Below are positions 50,634-63,563 of a stretch of 64,000 nt of DNA, one piece after another (position 1 is the stretch's first letter; every line of letters begins with the position of its first letter). The notes below the pieces were generated by a model. The model did not search any database, was not told the origin of the DNA, and saw nothing but the letters and a program-made list of their open reading frames with translations. The position numbers were made by a program, and so were the translations under genes. The stretch covers positions 16,496,848 to 16,560,847 of the forward strand of contig CM120643.1 in NCBI GenBank assembly GCA_051362555.1, given 5' to 3'. This stretch comes from Lingula anatina. Its lineage: Eukaryota > Animalia > Brachiopoda.

Positions 50634-52997
50634 ATGGCAGCATCGAAACTGAGAACAGCATTAGTTATTGGAGCCTCCAGAGGAATAGGGCGCCAGATTG
50701 CTCTGACTCTGGCAAAAAACAACTTTCAAGTTGGAGTAGCAGCAAAAACTGTTGTAGACAACCCTCTTAGGCTATCTGGAACAATTATGGAAGTTTCCCA
50801 GACAATTAAAGAAACTGATGGCTTTGCAGTTCCAATAAAGTGTAATGTAAGGGATGAAAAAGAAATAGAAGTTGCGGTAGATACTTGTCTGCAAGTGTAC
50901 AATGGATTGGATTTAGTTGTTTATAATGCAGGGGCAATAATGTGGAATAAAGTTGTTGAAACACCACTGAAGAAATTTGACTTGATGATGGATGTGAACG
51001 CCAGAGGGGCGTATGCTACTGTTCAGAAAGTGCTCCCATACATGTTGGAGAAGAAACGCGGGAAGATAATTTTGGTGTCACCTCCAATTTACAGCAGGTA
51101 ATGATAATATGTATCTTTGTTAGTGTGAATGTGTTTGTTTGTGCATGTGTTTGCTTTTGTATGTAGGTCTGTATTTGCTGGGATGGATATTTCAGATGAT
51201 TTTCAAATTTGTTTGTATGTTGGGATGTTTTACCTCTATTTTGTGGGTTTTCATATCAGATTATGTAAGTATGTAAAGAAAAAGTATCTTATTTCCATCA
51301 AGTAATTTTCAACTTTTAAATTTATTTGATTGCTACAAAATATAGGTCAGACATGCAAATATTTAAATAAAAGGGGAACAGAAAATGCCTTAAAAGTCTT
51401 ATAAGCAGCTATTGCTGTGGCTAGGTCACATACTGTGCTTCCAACACAGACTACAAGCCAAAAGTATTAATCTTGTTGTTGTTGTTGTGTGTGGCAGGTT
51501 CTTCAAAGGTAAAACCCCGTATGCAGTGGGTAAAGTTGGTATGACAGTCCTCACCCATGGTCTGGCAGAGGAGCTGAAGGGAACAGGTGGGTTGAAGACT
51601 TTTTGGTGGCTTGATATTATGAAACAGAATACATTATTCTACAACAACCTAATAACTAATAGGAAATGTACACATTTTCATACTGTACGTGTCAGGAATG
51701 CATTTCAGTGACTCTACATTAAAATAACTATAATAAAAAGTAAAGTTTTAGTGTTTTTATTAAATTTCCAAGTGTGGCAGCATACAAAAAATTGACTTAA
51801 AGTTCATTGTTATGGTAGTTATATGATTGACAGACAGTGTGATTCAAGATACAGATTAAACAGCCATGTGTTTATTGTGGAACGTCTTGTTTTTATCATA
51901 ATTTCAGGTGTGAGCATTACTTCCCTATGGCCAGCCACAGTTATAGAAAGCCAAGTGACAGTGGTGAAGAATGTGGAGCCAAGATATATGAGGAAGTCCA
52001 CTATATTTGCTGATGCTGTTCTTAGTATTGCCAATGAAGAAAGTGAAAGGTAGAGTGGCAATTTTGGCTATATTTTTTTCAGTAGCATTTTTCTATATTT
52101 TTTGCTCATTGTTGAGCCTACCTTTTACTATTTTTTATGTACAGACACAGATGTGTCTGTACATATAGCCATCATCTGCGTCTGTCGTCGCCGTCACCGT
52201 CGTCGCCGTCGCCGTGCACTTTTACCGATAACACGATAAGTGGAAAACCATTTTGCCTTTTGATTTGAAACTTGCAGAACTGATGAATATTCATAATACG
52301 CAGGTCAAGTTCGAAAATCAGCATGATCAGGTCACTCTTAGGGAATTTATGCTGTTTTTTCACTTTTTTCAACATATATGCAGCACCGATAACACGATAA
52401 GTGGAAAACCATTGTACCTTTTGACTTGAAACTTACAGAACTGATGAATATTCATAATATGCAGGTCAAGTTCGAAAATCGGCATGATTGGGCCATTTTT
52501 AGGGAATTTATGCTGTTTTTTCACTTTTTCAGCATATATGCAGCACCGATAACACGATAAGTGGAAAACCATTCTACCTTTTGGCTTGAAACTTACAAAA
52601 CTGATTAATATTCATAATACACAGGTCAAGTTCGAAAATCAGCATGATTGGGTCATTTTTAGGGAATTTATGCTGTTTTTTCACTTTTTTTCAGCATATA
52701 TGCAGCACCGATAACACCATAAGTGGAAAACCAATTTACCTTTTGGCTTGAAACTTGCAGAACTGATAAATATTCATAATACGCAATTCAAGTTCGAAAA
52801 TCAGCATGATTCGATTATTGTTAGGGAATTTATGCTGTTTTTTCACTTTTTTCAGCATATATGCAGCACTGATAACACAATAAGTGGAAAACTGTTTTTT
52901 CATTTGGCTTGAAACTTACAGAACTAATGAATATTCATAATACGCAGGTCAAGTTTGAAAATCAGCAAGATCGGGCAATTTTTATGGAAGTTATCCT

Positions 52998-53037
<40 letters not shown>

Positions 53038-55857
53038 CAATTTTTTCAGCACTTTTATAACACCAATAACATGATAAGTGTAAAAATGTTTTTCCTTTCC
53101 TTGGATTGAAATTTACAGAACTGGTGAATATTTATAATACGCAGGTCAAGTTTGAAAATTGGCATGATTGGACTATTTTTACAAAAGTAATGCTGTTTTT
53201 TCCCTTTATTCAGCATACATGCAACACTGATAACGCATTTTAAGGAAAACCAATCAGCCTTTTGTCTTGCAACTCACAGGTGTGATCAATCTGACCAGTA
53301 TACAGATCAAGTTTGAAAATAAGCTTGATCAGTTAAGTTTTGATGAAGTTATTAGCCTTTTTGTATATAAGTGGTTTTTCTTCAGATTTAATTCTTAAGC
53401 ATGTTAACAGTCTCATAACGGTACTAATTGGATATGTTAAAGTGTTGTTTTAACATTTTCTGCTTCTTAACAATATTGTTAGTTGATTATATAAAAATGA
53501 CGGTAAACCTATTATCCTGCATTGTGTAATAAAGTATCAAAAATGGAAAGGAACTCATCATTGCAGTTCATCAGATTCAATCATTTACTATGTTCAGAAT
53601 CTCCAAATGGAGCTAATTGGACATTATAAATTGTTCTATTGATATTTTTCCTATGTCAACAATTTTCCTAGTTGATCATTTAAAAATGACAGTTAATTGA
53701 TGATGGTTTTATGTAAAAAAGGTGTTGAAAATGGAAAGAAAATCATTTCAGTACAGTTATCTCTTGTTAACATTTTGGCATTTTGAAAGTGTGACCCTAA
53801 CTTCCATGTCCTTGGAGACCTTTCCATATCACATTTTCTGAATATCCATGATACTTTTATTTTTTTATAAAAAATTTGATGGTCATTATGCTGTTAAGTA
53901 TTATGTTATATTGCATGAAAGTTAAAGAAAACCCTATTTTGGACACTGCTGCCAGGATAGCGATTAAGGGAAAACCATGTTACTTATGATAATCAACCTT
54001 ACTGAAAAGACTGAAGTGCAGCTTGTGTTGGAAAACCATCGTAATTGTTTTCTGTTTTGAAAGCAATGCAGTACAGTGCTATTTGGTGCAATAAATGTAT
54101 ATGGATAGTAGGCAGTTAATTCAGGGTTATAAAATAATTTGCTTAATTGATTTTCAAGTTATTTCAGGGTTATAAAATAATTTGCTTAATTAATTTTCAA
54201 GTGGGTATTAAATGAGCTTACATAAACACACATTGAGATTTCATTGTAAAGTCCCATCGGTTTAGCTTTCTTAACTGTGTCACATAATTAGGAATCGATG
54301 ATTATTATGCAGGTAAATGTTATTTAATATGGAAAATAAGTTTACAAAAAAAATTTTGTGTAACGCTTACATTAATGCTAAAGATGAATAACAGTGTCTT
54401 ATTATTCTCAAACTCAATAGGGTTATTCATATCATGTTAGTAATTGTACAGCTAGATTAAAAGTTTGAATAGCAGCTTTATTGGTATTTTTTGTTATGTT
54501 TTATTTTACATTTTCTTTTAATTTTTTTATGCTGTTTTTTCACTTTTTTCAACATATATGCAACATTAATAACACAATATAAGAAAAACAGCTTAGCCAA
54601 TTGTCATTATACTCACAGGAGTGGCCAATCTTACAAAAATGCAGGTTGAGTTCGAAAATCAGCGTTATCGGCCATTATTTTAGAAGTTGTACTGTTTTTT
54701 CAAATTTCCTCAGATTCAATTCTTAGGCATGTTAACAGTCTCATTATTGAACTAATAAGATACGTAAAAGTGTTTGTTTGATATTTCCTGCATCTTTACA
54801 ACATTGTTAGTTGATTATGTAAAAATGATGGTAAACTTGTTATCATGTATTGTGTAATCAAGTGTCCAAAATGGAAATAAACTCATATCATTGCAGTTTG
54901 TCAGATTCAATCATCCACATCTGCCATGATGACCATGATGGGAAAACCGTGTTACTTATGATTGTCAAACTTTCAAAAAAGAAACACAGGACTAAAATGC
55001 AGCCCAAGTTGGAAAAGCAGTCTAATGGGCTTCTTTTTCTGGAAGTTATACATTTTAGTGAAACATTCATTATCTTTTTGGCATATTCATTGTGGGACTC
55101 GGAGCTCCCATGGACATGAAGCCGGATGGTAATCAAATTTTCTACATGTTCATGCTATTTATAGTCAATTATCAAAAATTGGTGATAATTATTCTATAAT
55201 TTATTATGTAATGTTACATCAAAATTGACAATAATCTTTTTGCACTGCTAGTGCAAACATTATGAAAAGAAAACTGTGTTATTTATTATTATATTTAACT
55301 TAAGAGTATGATTTTTAGGATTGGCATGCAGTTCAAATTAGAAAGCCAGGTCAATTGGGTTATCATTTATTATTGAATTTAATGCAATTTTGTGTGAAAT
55401 TTCATTTTTCTCATTCTGGCACTTTCTAAGTATAAACTTGAACTCTGATGGGCCTGAAGCCTTATGCTTTTACTTTCGTCGGTGTTACCTGTTGTGCAAA
55501 ATTAAAATTTGATGTTGACTGTGCAGTTAAACATAATGTATTATTGCATCAGAAGTGGTAGTCTCCTATTTTGTGCATTATTGTTTTGTGCTCTTCTAAA
55601 GTTGTGACTTATGGGCCTGAAAGACCTTTGAGAGGGTCAGTCTATAAATTTCCCTTGGGTATCACTTCGCTAATTTCAGTTATAAAGTAATTTGCCTAAT
55701 TGATAGGCTACATAAAGCATACTTGTGATTTGAGATTACATAAAGCACACTTGTTGATATTTCCCTGTAAACTCCCATAGGTTAAGCTCTCTGCTAGATT
55801 AATAATAAGGAAGCAGTGATAATTATGCAGGTAAATTTTGTTTAATATTGCAAATAA

Positions 55858-55942
<85 letters not shown>

Positions 55943-57147
55943 AACTGAAAGATTAAAAGTTTGAATAGCAGCTTCATTGGAATTATATTTACCTCTGCCA
56001 AGGAGGTTATATTTTCACCCCTGTTTGTCATCAACATAACTCAAAAAGTTATGGACCGATTTTGCTGAAATTTTCAGGAACTGTCAGAAGTGGGCCAAAG
56101 AGGACAAAAATCAATAATAATCAACAATTGCTACCTTGGCAGAGGTCTGCACTTTCGGAGTGCTTTTCTAGTTTTGTTATGTTTTCCTTTATAATTTTTT
56201 CTCAAAGACTTGCATTTGTGACTTTTAACTCTCATCCGCCTGAGACTCTGACATTTCTGTATTTCCACATAAGCAGTTGTATTGTTTTTTATGTCTTTAA
56301 ACATTATGTTACTTATGTAATATTATTTTATGCACTGTCATCATTTTTCAAATATTGAGACTTACATCATGTGAATTTGAACTCTCATGGTCCTGAAACT
56401 GTAATCTTATTGAAAGGATAGATTGAGACCATCTTCTGGGACTTCCGGAAGACAGTCAGGTTATTAAGTTTATATTGCCTGGTATCTATTTTTTCTTCTG
56501 TTGGAAGACCATCAAAATGGAGGATGGATCAAAATAGATACTTTGGAATACTGTCAGAGAATATCTCTGGGTCCGCTCATGTTATTGACCATTTTACCTG
56601 TTGTGCATGATTATAAAATTCAGTGTTGACTGATAGTGCTATTATAAGCATTATTTATTATTGCATCAAAATTAACAAAATGACCTTTTTTGCATCTTTA
56701 TTTTCTGTTTTTTGTCTGTACATTTGACAGCTTTGCTGCCTTGTTATACAAATTATCACCTGGTGGGCTCTCTGTAGCATGATTGTAGTTTTGAAAATAA
56801 ATTTTCAACATACAATTTTGAGTAAAAACCTTAAGAATTTATTTTTAGAAATTCTAAACATATTGCTCCTTCAGTTAAGCAAAGAAGAAATGTTTCTTAC
56901 CATTGAAAAAGAAAAAAAATGGTGAACCATACCCATAATATGTGCTTACGTTGTTGCATTTCTTAGACTGAATGGCCAAGCTCTTATTGACGAGGACTAC
57001 TTGCGTTCAGTTGGTGTAACCGATTTTGTCCAGTATCGCTGTGATCCAGACCACGAGCCTCCTCGCATGATGCCAAAGACATTTCCATCTCTTCTTGTAG
57101 AGGAGGAAGACCAGAACTTGAACAACATTATGGGACCAAAGTTATAG
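50634..57147 (+). CDS. HSDL2-like short-chain dehydrogenase/reductase, paralog B, 4 exons, ~291 aa, no SCP2 domain, C-terminal PKL
   Basis: Exons 50634-51097, 51498-51586, 51908-52049 and 56967-57147 splice in frame (876 nt). Motifs IGASRGIG, AAKT, YNAGAI, TPLKKFDLMMDVNARG, SPP, YAVGKVGM, LWPAT, MRK and IDEDYL are characteristic of the HSDL2 SDR subfamily. Confidence 0.9.
52224..53350. repeat. ~161-bp tandem repeat: 5 conserved plus ~2 degenerate units
   Basis: ACCGATAACACGATAAGTGGAAAACC or a close variant recurs at 52224, 52385, 52545, 52707 and 52868, and in degenerate form at ~53061 and ~53225. Confidence 0.93.
55862..55940. repeat. (AT)n microsatellite
   Basis: Directly visible. Confidence 0.98.
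55990..56171 (+). mobile_element. Miniature HINE family C (~180 bp), nested in family B
   Basis: 13-bp subTIRs ACCTCTGCCAAGG (55991-56003) and CCTTGGCAGAGGT (56134-56146), a core CATAACTCAAAAAGTTATGGACCGATTTTGCTGAAATTTTCAGG, a 3' hairpin GCACTT-TCG-GAGTGC and terminal CTAG|TT. Confidence 0.85.
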
Positions 57148-57456
57148 ATCGTACATTTCTCTGCTTTCAAGGATCATTACATGTATCTTTTGATTTTAAA
57201 ACCTAATGTTCTGACAGTCTAGGAGCCTGTTTTGCAAGAAGTCTAAATTTTTTAGGCCTACCTTAGACTGACATCACATAACTGACCACATATAGTTGAC
57301 TCTGTAACATTGGTTCAAAAGAAGTACAGTTGACCTCATTGAGTGAACTATATGGTCACCATTGTGAGGAAAATCATTTTCAAGACAATCACAATGTGAT
57401 CTGGGAGCTTTATATCAACACAAATAAATGGCCTGTAAAATTCCCACATTCATCTC

Positions 57457-57575
57457 GAGAATGGCTTTAGTTATTGGAGTCTCCAGGGGAATGGGCCACC
57501 AGATTGCTCTGACTCTAGTGAAAAACAACTTCCAAATGGAACTGTTGTAGACAACCCTAAGCTTGCTGGGACAAT
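57457..57575 (+). pseudogene. Decayed partial copy of SDR paralog B exon 1
   Basis: TTAGTTATTGGAGTCTCCAGGGGAAT...CCAGATTGCTCTGACTCTAGTGAAAAACAACTT...ACTGTTGTAGACAACCCT aligns to 50652-50787 with substitutions and deletions. Confidence 0.85.
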
Positions 57576-59278
57576 AAAATCCTTTCATATCGAACCCCCT
57601 CAACAATGACTTTTAATACCTTCAGTAAATTCCATACAGTCTATCATTATTATGTTTAACTTTCAGTTTAGTGATTTTAATAATGCATGAAGTTGCATAT
57701 TTGGTTTATTGCCATAGTTTTTTCAGTATATTTAAAGACTTTTTTCTAACAACCAGCAAGTTTTTCTTAGCTTTAGCAGTCTGAGAGCCTGGACTCTTCT
57801 GTGGGACCTGGGATGCTAAATAAAGATTAAGTCATTGAATCCTAGATTCGTGAGATCGCGTTACCCATGTGAAAGTTAAAAATGGATGGCCAATCTTTTA
57901 GCTTTTCTAATTTTTGTGCATTCCTGGATCAGGGGCAAATGTGCATATGTGTGCATATCATTGCGTGTTCATTTCATGCGTGTGAGTGAGGAAGATTGAT
58001 TTTGAATTTATATCTGAATACAGAAGTGTTCTGTTGCCTGTCAGCATGTAGGAATGCACAAGCTGTGTAACTGTCTGTATATATAGCTGTCCTAGTATAT
58101 CAGGTGATAACACAAGTGAATAACACTACTCAGACTACTGTGTCACATGCCAGTGTCTATATTTGACCTCAAGCTCATCATAGATATAGCTTACATGCTG
58201 TAGTTTGGCTTAAGAGAATACAAACTGTCCTCTCTTAAAACTTAAAAAAAAAACTTGCAGGATGACAATGGATTGTTGGATAAAAAATAATGGGGGACAG
58301 TGACATTTGTTTGATTAGAATAAATATTTTTTAGACTTAAAACAGTTGTTATCAATTAAGTGTCCTATTCTGCCACTTTGAGCAATTTTGTAATTGCATG
58401 AGGTTAAAGGCACATTTTACTTCTTCGAAGATTCATGACAGAGTATAATTGACTCTTATGTAAGTTTTTTTCTAAATCTAGGGGTCCTTAATAACAGAAA
58501 AAAGAAATGCTTAAATCTTTTTTTTTTTGGGGGGGGCAGAGGGGTTTAAAAAATTCATAGACATGCAACCACTGCTGCAGTAACTATTAAGAAAGATACA
58601 GCTGGAACAAATCCAATGTTTATCTTCAATGTTTACATGACAAATTAATTATAAACCCTCAATGATAGCTGACAACAGACAAACAATAGACACCTGTTTG
58701 TTTGATGGCATATCATATCTTAACAGGCCACTTGAGTGAGGTGTCAGAAGTACTTTGTATCTGGTAGATTACACATTGACATGGATTATGTACCTTCATC
58801 GCCAAACAAGGGGTTTTGGGCTGTTCAGCATGTTTATATGCATGAACTCCTACATCCTTTCATATTCATTAAATATTTTTTAAAGTAAATTTTCACTCTG
58901 GCATAATGATTTACGGATAAAAGAAATATGTTAAAAGAAAATAATTGGGATATTTAAATTGATGTAAACCAATTTGATTATGATCAGAATCAGTTCTTCG
59001 GTCTTTGTGACCGTAAAAATATAATGTGTTGAAAAACACCTGCTGCTCATCACATTGCCAAGGAAGAGACGTGAAAAAGAGATAAATACAGAAACAAACT
59101 TGACTGCAATTTATTCTCTTGCCATCACCAAAATGAATCTGGCTCATTCTATCGGGCCTAATGTAAACAGGGTCACATTATAAGCACTGGTCTTTTTAAG
59201 AATGTGACTGTCCCCAGTTGTCATTGATAACCCAGATATTATTGACATACAGTGAAGGTCAGCGCAGAATTAGGTTAA

Positions 59279-59350
59279 AGGTATACTGTCCTAGTTTGAA
59301 AATGTCCCAATGTCACATTTTCTGTCGATATATCCTGTAAAGCTACTCAT
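59279..59350 (+). mobile_element. Isolated Kolobok-like transposon end; a related fragment lies at 46454-46506
   Basis: TTAA|AGGTATACTGTC is followed by TTTGAAAATGTCCCAATGTCAC...ATATCCTGTAAAGCTACT, shared with 46454-46506. No matching opposite TIR was found. Confidence 0.4.
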
Positions 59351-62300
59351 ATTTTCTTCAAAATCAAAAAGTATTATTAATATGATAAAAAAACCTTCAA
59401 ATAAAAATGCCTGATGTCGACATTTCCCTCTGTTATGAACAAGAAGGCAAGCCATTAAAGGGGACAGAACTGAATAATTTAATTAAAAATCGTATAAAAC
59501 GCGTCGAGCTATGAATCACGAGTTGGAGAAATTTTACTTTTTTTTCATAGAAAATTCCATTTGGCGGGAAAATATCGGATAGGATACCGCAATTCGACTA
59601 CTTAACACAGGATTTTCACCGTTTGAGAAACAAATTTGTAACCTCTAGGCTTAGATATGTTATAGTTCTACTTTTGAATAAGTACGTTGCAAGGCCTTCT
59701 CTGCACTGACGCGACGAGGTGGGAAAGTGGCAAAGGAATATTTGTTCTTTCTGTGCTGCCGCACTGAATAAGTCTGCAGGTTGTGCACATAAAAAAGAAC
59801 AGAGTTGCCTGGGTGATTTCAGTCTACAATGCACCTTGGTTTAGGCATGTACATATGAATTTCTGAATGTCCCACTGATGCACTGTATATGGGCTAGCAT
59901 TAAACTGCATTTTATTTCAACAATATTGAAGGTGTTTACGGGAATCTGGGGATGAAAGATACCTCGATTCTGCGCACCAGTTATCTAAACCTGTAGTAAG
60001 CTTGCCCATTCTGAAGGAGCCTTTGCCTTCCTAGCGGCCACGAGAGGGCGTGTCGTTGCTTTGGGACTAGAGCATTTATAAAGCCGCCCACCTCGTTACT
60101 TATCTCCATCACTGTTGACAAATATGATAGCGTCTAAAATGTTGGCTTGGTTTTAACACAAAGGAGTATTGTGATGAGTATTGTGATGATAGTATTTGTT
60201 TCAGTAAATCAGTGGACAATATATTCTTTGATGTTTGTGTAGAATTCAACAAATGGGTTTTGATAATACGAACTCCTGACAAAAAATACTTTTCCAAAGG
60301 TCGGAATGACTAATATTCCATTTTTTGTGGAAATCACTTAAACCAAGAAAGAAATTTATCATACACCAAAAGTAAAATAAATAAATTATTACACTTTTTA
60401 TTAATTTTGTAATAAAAAATAAAGAAAAATGTAACGTGAAACGACAAATTTCAGAGTTTACATCAAACCAATAGAAAGCATATCCAAAGGACCAGGAAAA
60501 TATCTGTTCAATTTAACCTGTTCACAGTGGGTCTGCTTCGTATGTATCGTTGCCAAATAAAACTACTGCTAGATAACACTATGGGTGTGGATTTGGCATA
60601 AACATGGAAGAGGATGACACCACTGTTATCTAGCAAAGCTCTGTTCAGACTGGTCAAGTTATTACGTTTCACAAACAGTTCCCATTCCCCTTATGTAAAT
60701 GGTACTGTCATCACAGAAAGAGAAAACTGTTCTACTGCTAATAAAATATCTTTAACTAGGGTAGTGGATTGCTAATATGGCTACCTTTGAGAGCCTGGGT
60801 ACCTGAAACTGTTGATGATTAATAAAGGACCTAAATCAGTTTAAACTTCTCAGTGTGAACCGGTCCTGTGAGTTCAGGTAGCGTCACAGATAATCCGTCA
60901 TCAACAGATGTGCCGATTCACGGGGACGGGCACATTATTTTGTCAAGAGCACTTTAGGTTGCCTGTTTTTTATATGGAGGGCTGCAGCCCTAATAGGTAA
61001 GTGTATAAGAAATAATTATTAATTTGTGAATGACTAATTATTAGCTATTGCATAACGTTTTTTAACTAGTTAAGATGGGAAGACAATATATTATGGCAAT
61101 TAGATTACTCATTTACTATTGCGATATATATCAATTTGTTGTGCTGGGCAGCACTTATCACATTGTTAAAATTTAAACACTTTATTGTTGTTTTGATATA
61201 ACAAAATTAAAGGACAAAAAAAATGAACCCAGCTACATGCCCTGAAATTCGTCTGACGCAGAAAAAATTACACGAATTCTTTTAAGAAATATTCATATAG
61301 TGGAATTTAAAGGAATGATGGTTATGAAATATTGGTTAGATTAAGTAGATGTATTGTCTCACAATCTAAAGCATGGCTCAAGAATGTAAATGTGAAATGC
61401 TTGCCAAATTTTATAGGATGATTATACTCTGACTAGAGAAATGGCACATGCATGGATACCTCATTTTGAAAGTCTTAATTTGTACAAAATGGCCATATAT
61501 TTAAATATTAGATAATTATATAAATTTGTGAAAAAACGCGCCATTTTAGGCCCCCTATTCCTCCATCTATTTCAGATAATTCAAAAGACGCGGCTCAAAT
61601 TTATAAGTTTTTCTCTCCGTTCGCTACTATGAATTGGTCTAATCTACTGAACATCCAGTGACACTCATCAGTCACAAATATTACTAATAAAAAGGTAAAA
61701 TATCTTATCTAAGATAGCCGTATAATACAATAGAATTAACGTGGCATGACAATCGAAATATAAAAGTCATTGTTATTAGTCATATGTTGATCAGACTTTG
61801 TCTCAATCAAGGGCACTTTGCTTTTGTATTCCAAATGGCAACATTAATGCAGTTAGATAAGAATTAAGATACTGCTATTGATTGGTAATGCACCAGATTA
61901 CAGTAGTCAAACAGCCGTAAATTTTTTTTAAAACATTCAAAATTATGTCATAATCACTCAGGATGATTCAAACTAACTTCCCTTTTGGCCAGGAAAAGGT
62001 CTGCTCTTAAAATCAAACTTTTAGGTGCTATAACATTTAAAGTAAACACGTACATGGATTATGCAGTGAAAAAGTACACTTTTTCAGGAATGCAAACAAC
62101 CCTTTTGAAATTGCTGGGCTCGAGTCTGCCACTGGTGCGACCAGGATATCAAGACAACCCCAATCCCATCCTGGGTCCATCTATTGTTAATTTTAATTAA
62201 TTAAATTTAATATTATTTAATAAATTTAATATTAAAATATATGTTACTTATGCACTAGTAATAAAAGTAGGCCCTACATCATACAGATATGTATTCTACC

Positions 62301-63238
62301 TGTTCACGCATACAAAGTTAAAATACATGAAGATAAAGCATTATTATCTCAGCGACACCTTCAAATGACCTACCTTGTATTGTGCAATTATCACATGTTC
62401 TGCTAATTGTTGATTTATTGTTTGAATTAATCTTATCAGAACACCTGTGATTACGAGTTATAACACAACTGCTGTTGGCTATGCACCAAAAAGGATAAAA
62501 AGGGGGTGGATCCATAATTTGACCTTGAGAAGATTAGATCAAAATCAAGCGTGTTGGCTTAACAAATCTTTTATTTTTGATCTGTCAGTATATTTGTTTG
62601 TTCGTTTGTTCACATATTTATGTATCTTCTTTGTTTGTTTATCAATTATATTATTTACTAAATCAATCATTAATTGAATTATTTTTTATTATTTCGGAAA
62701 TTTTTCATTTCTTTATTAATTAACTATTTTATTGAATTGCTCAGAAAAGGACGAAAAAATATTTTTAAATGTGTCATCAGTTGCCTTCTTTTAAAGAGCA
62801 ACGTTGGCCTCTCTCTTTTCTATCTCTCTCACTCTCTCTTTATTTCTGATAATGCTTTTAGTGTCTGGCTTTTATTGTTATTTTCTACACATTTAGTGCA
62901 GTAATAACAACAAAAATGAATAGCTATACTATCTAGTGACAAATACAAACATATGTGTTTTAAAAATAACCACAACCACACCAAGACACTCCCGTATGGC
63001 AAGAGTGCCTCGTCTGATGCCACCAACACTCCTGTTCCCAGGTTCCTGTCACATTATCAGATTTGTTGTCTGTGGCTGCTTAGACCTGTGGCGCATCAGT
63101 GGGCTTACTATCACACCCCTCCTATCCCCACCCCTCTTGTTTTGATATGCTTGAGAGATCTATCTTTCTGTGTCATTACAATAAATGATACAAACTGGTA
63201 TCATCTTTTTTTTTCATTGCAGAGGATAGAATATCAAT

Positions 63239-63528
63239 ATGGCTTCATCAGCTACTTGTTCTGACCACTCAAACACATGTCCAGTCTGCCTTGACCACTA
63301 CGACTTGACAAAGCGTGTCCCCAAGTTTCTGTCGTGTCACCACACTGTGTGCCTGATGTGTGTCCAGCAGCTGAAGGGGCTGTACAAGTTGTCATGTCCG
63401 GTCTGTAGAGAGAGCACCTGTCTCCCCATGGGTGAGGTTCAACCTGTCGACTAAAGTTGTGTTCAATCTAAAAAAAAAGATTAAATTTGTGTATTGAATT
63501 GTTCATATGGGTTTTTTCACTTTCTTTC

Positions 63529-63563
<35 letters not shown>

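Larger units (their letters stand above)
52137..56743 (+). mobile_element. HINE family B, ~4.6 kb, filling intron 3 of SDR paralog B
   Basis: After a T run comes subTIR ATGTACAGACA with an adjacent inverted copy (hairpin 52136-52165), then a (CGT/CGC)n microsatellite and ~161-bp tandem repeats. The 3' end has subTIR TGTCTGTACAT (56713-56723), a short hairpin CAGC-TTT-GCTG and terminal CTTG|TT. Confidence 0.8.

Noticed and set aside
59456-60110. Second TTAA-AGGGG transposon-like end, and a GC/TATA-like patch at 60030-60095 as the TRIM promoter
   Set aside because: No partner TIR was found, and the promoter-like motifs are too generic to assign without TSS data.
62936-63145. Short ORFs and a GC-richer patch before the TRIM start
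   Set aside because: They lie upstream of the acceptor at 63222 and show no domain. This is probably intronic repeat debris that I cannot classify.
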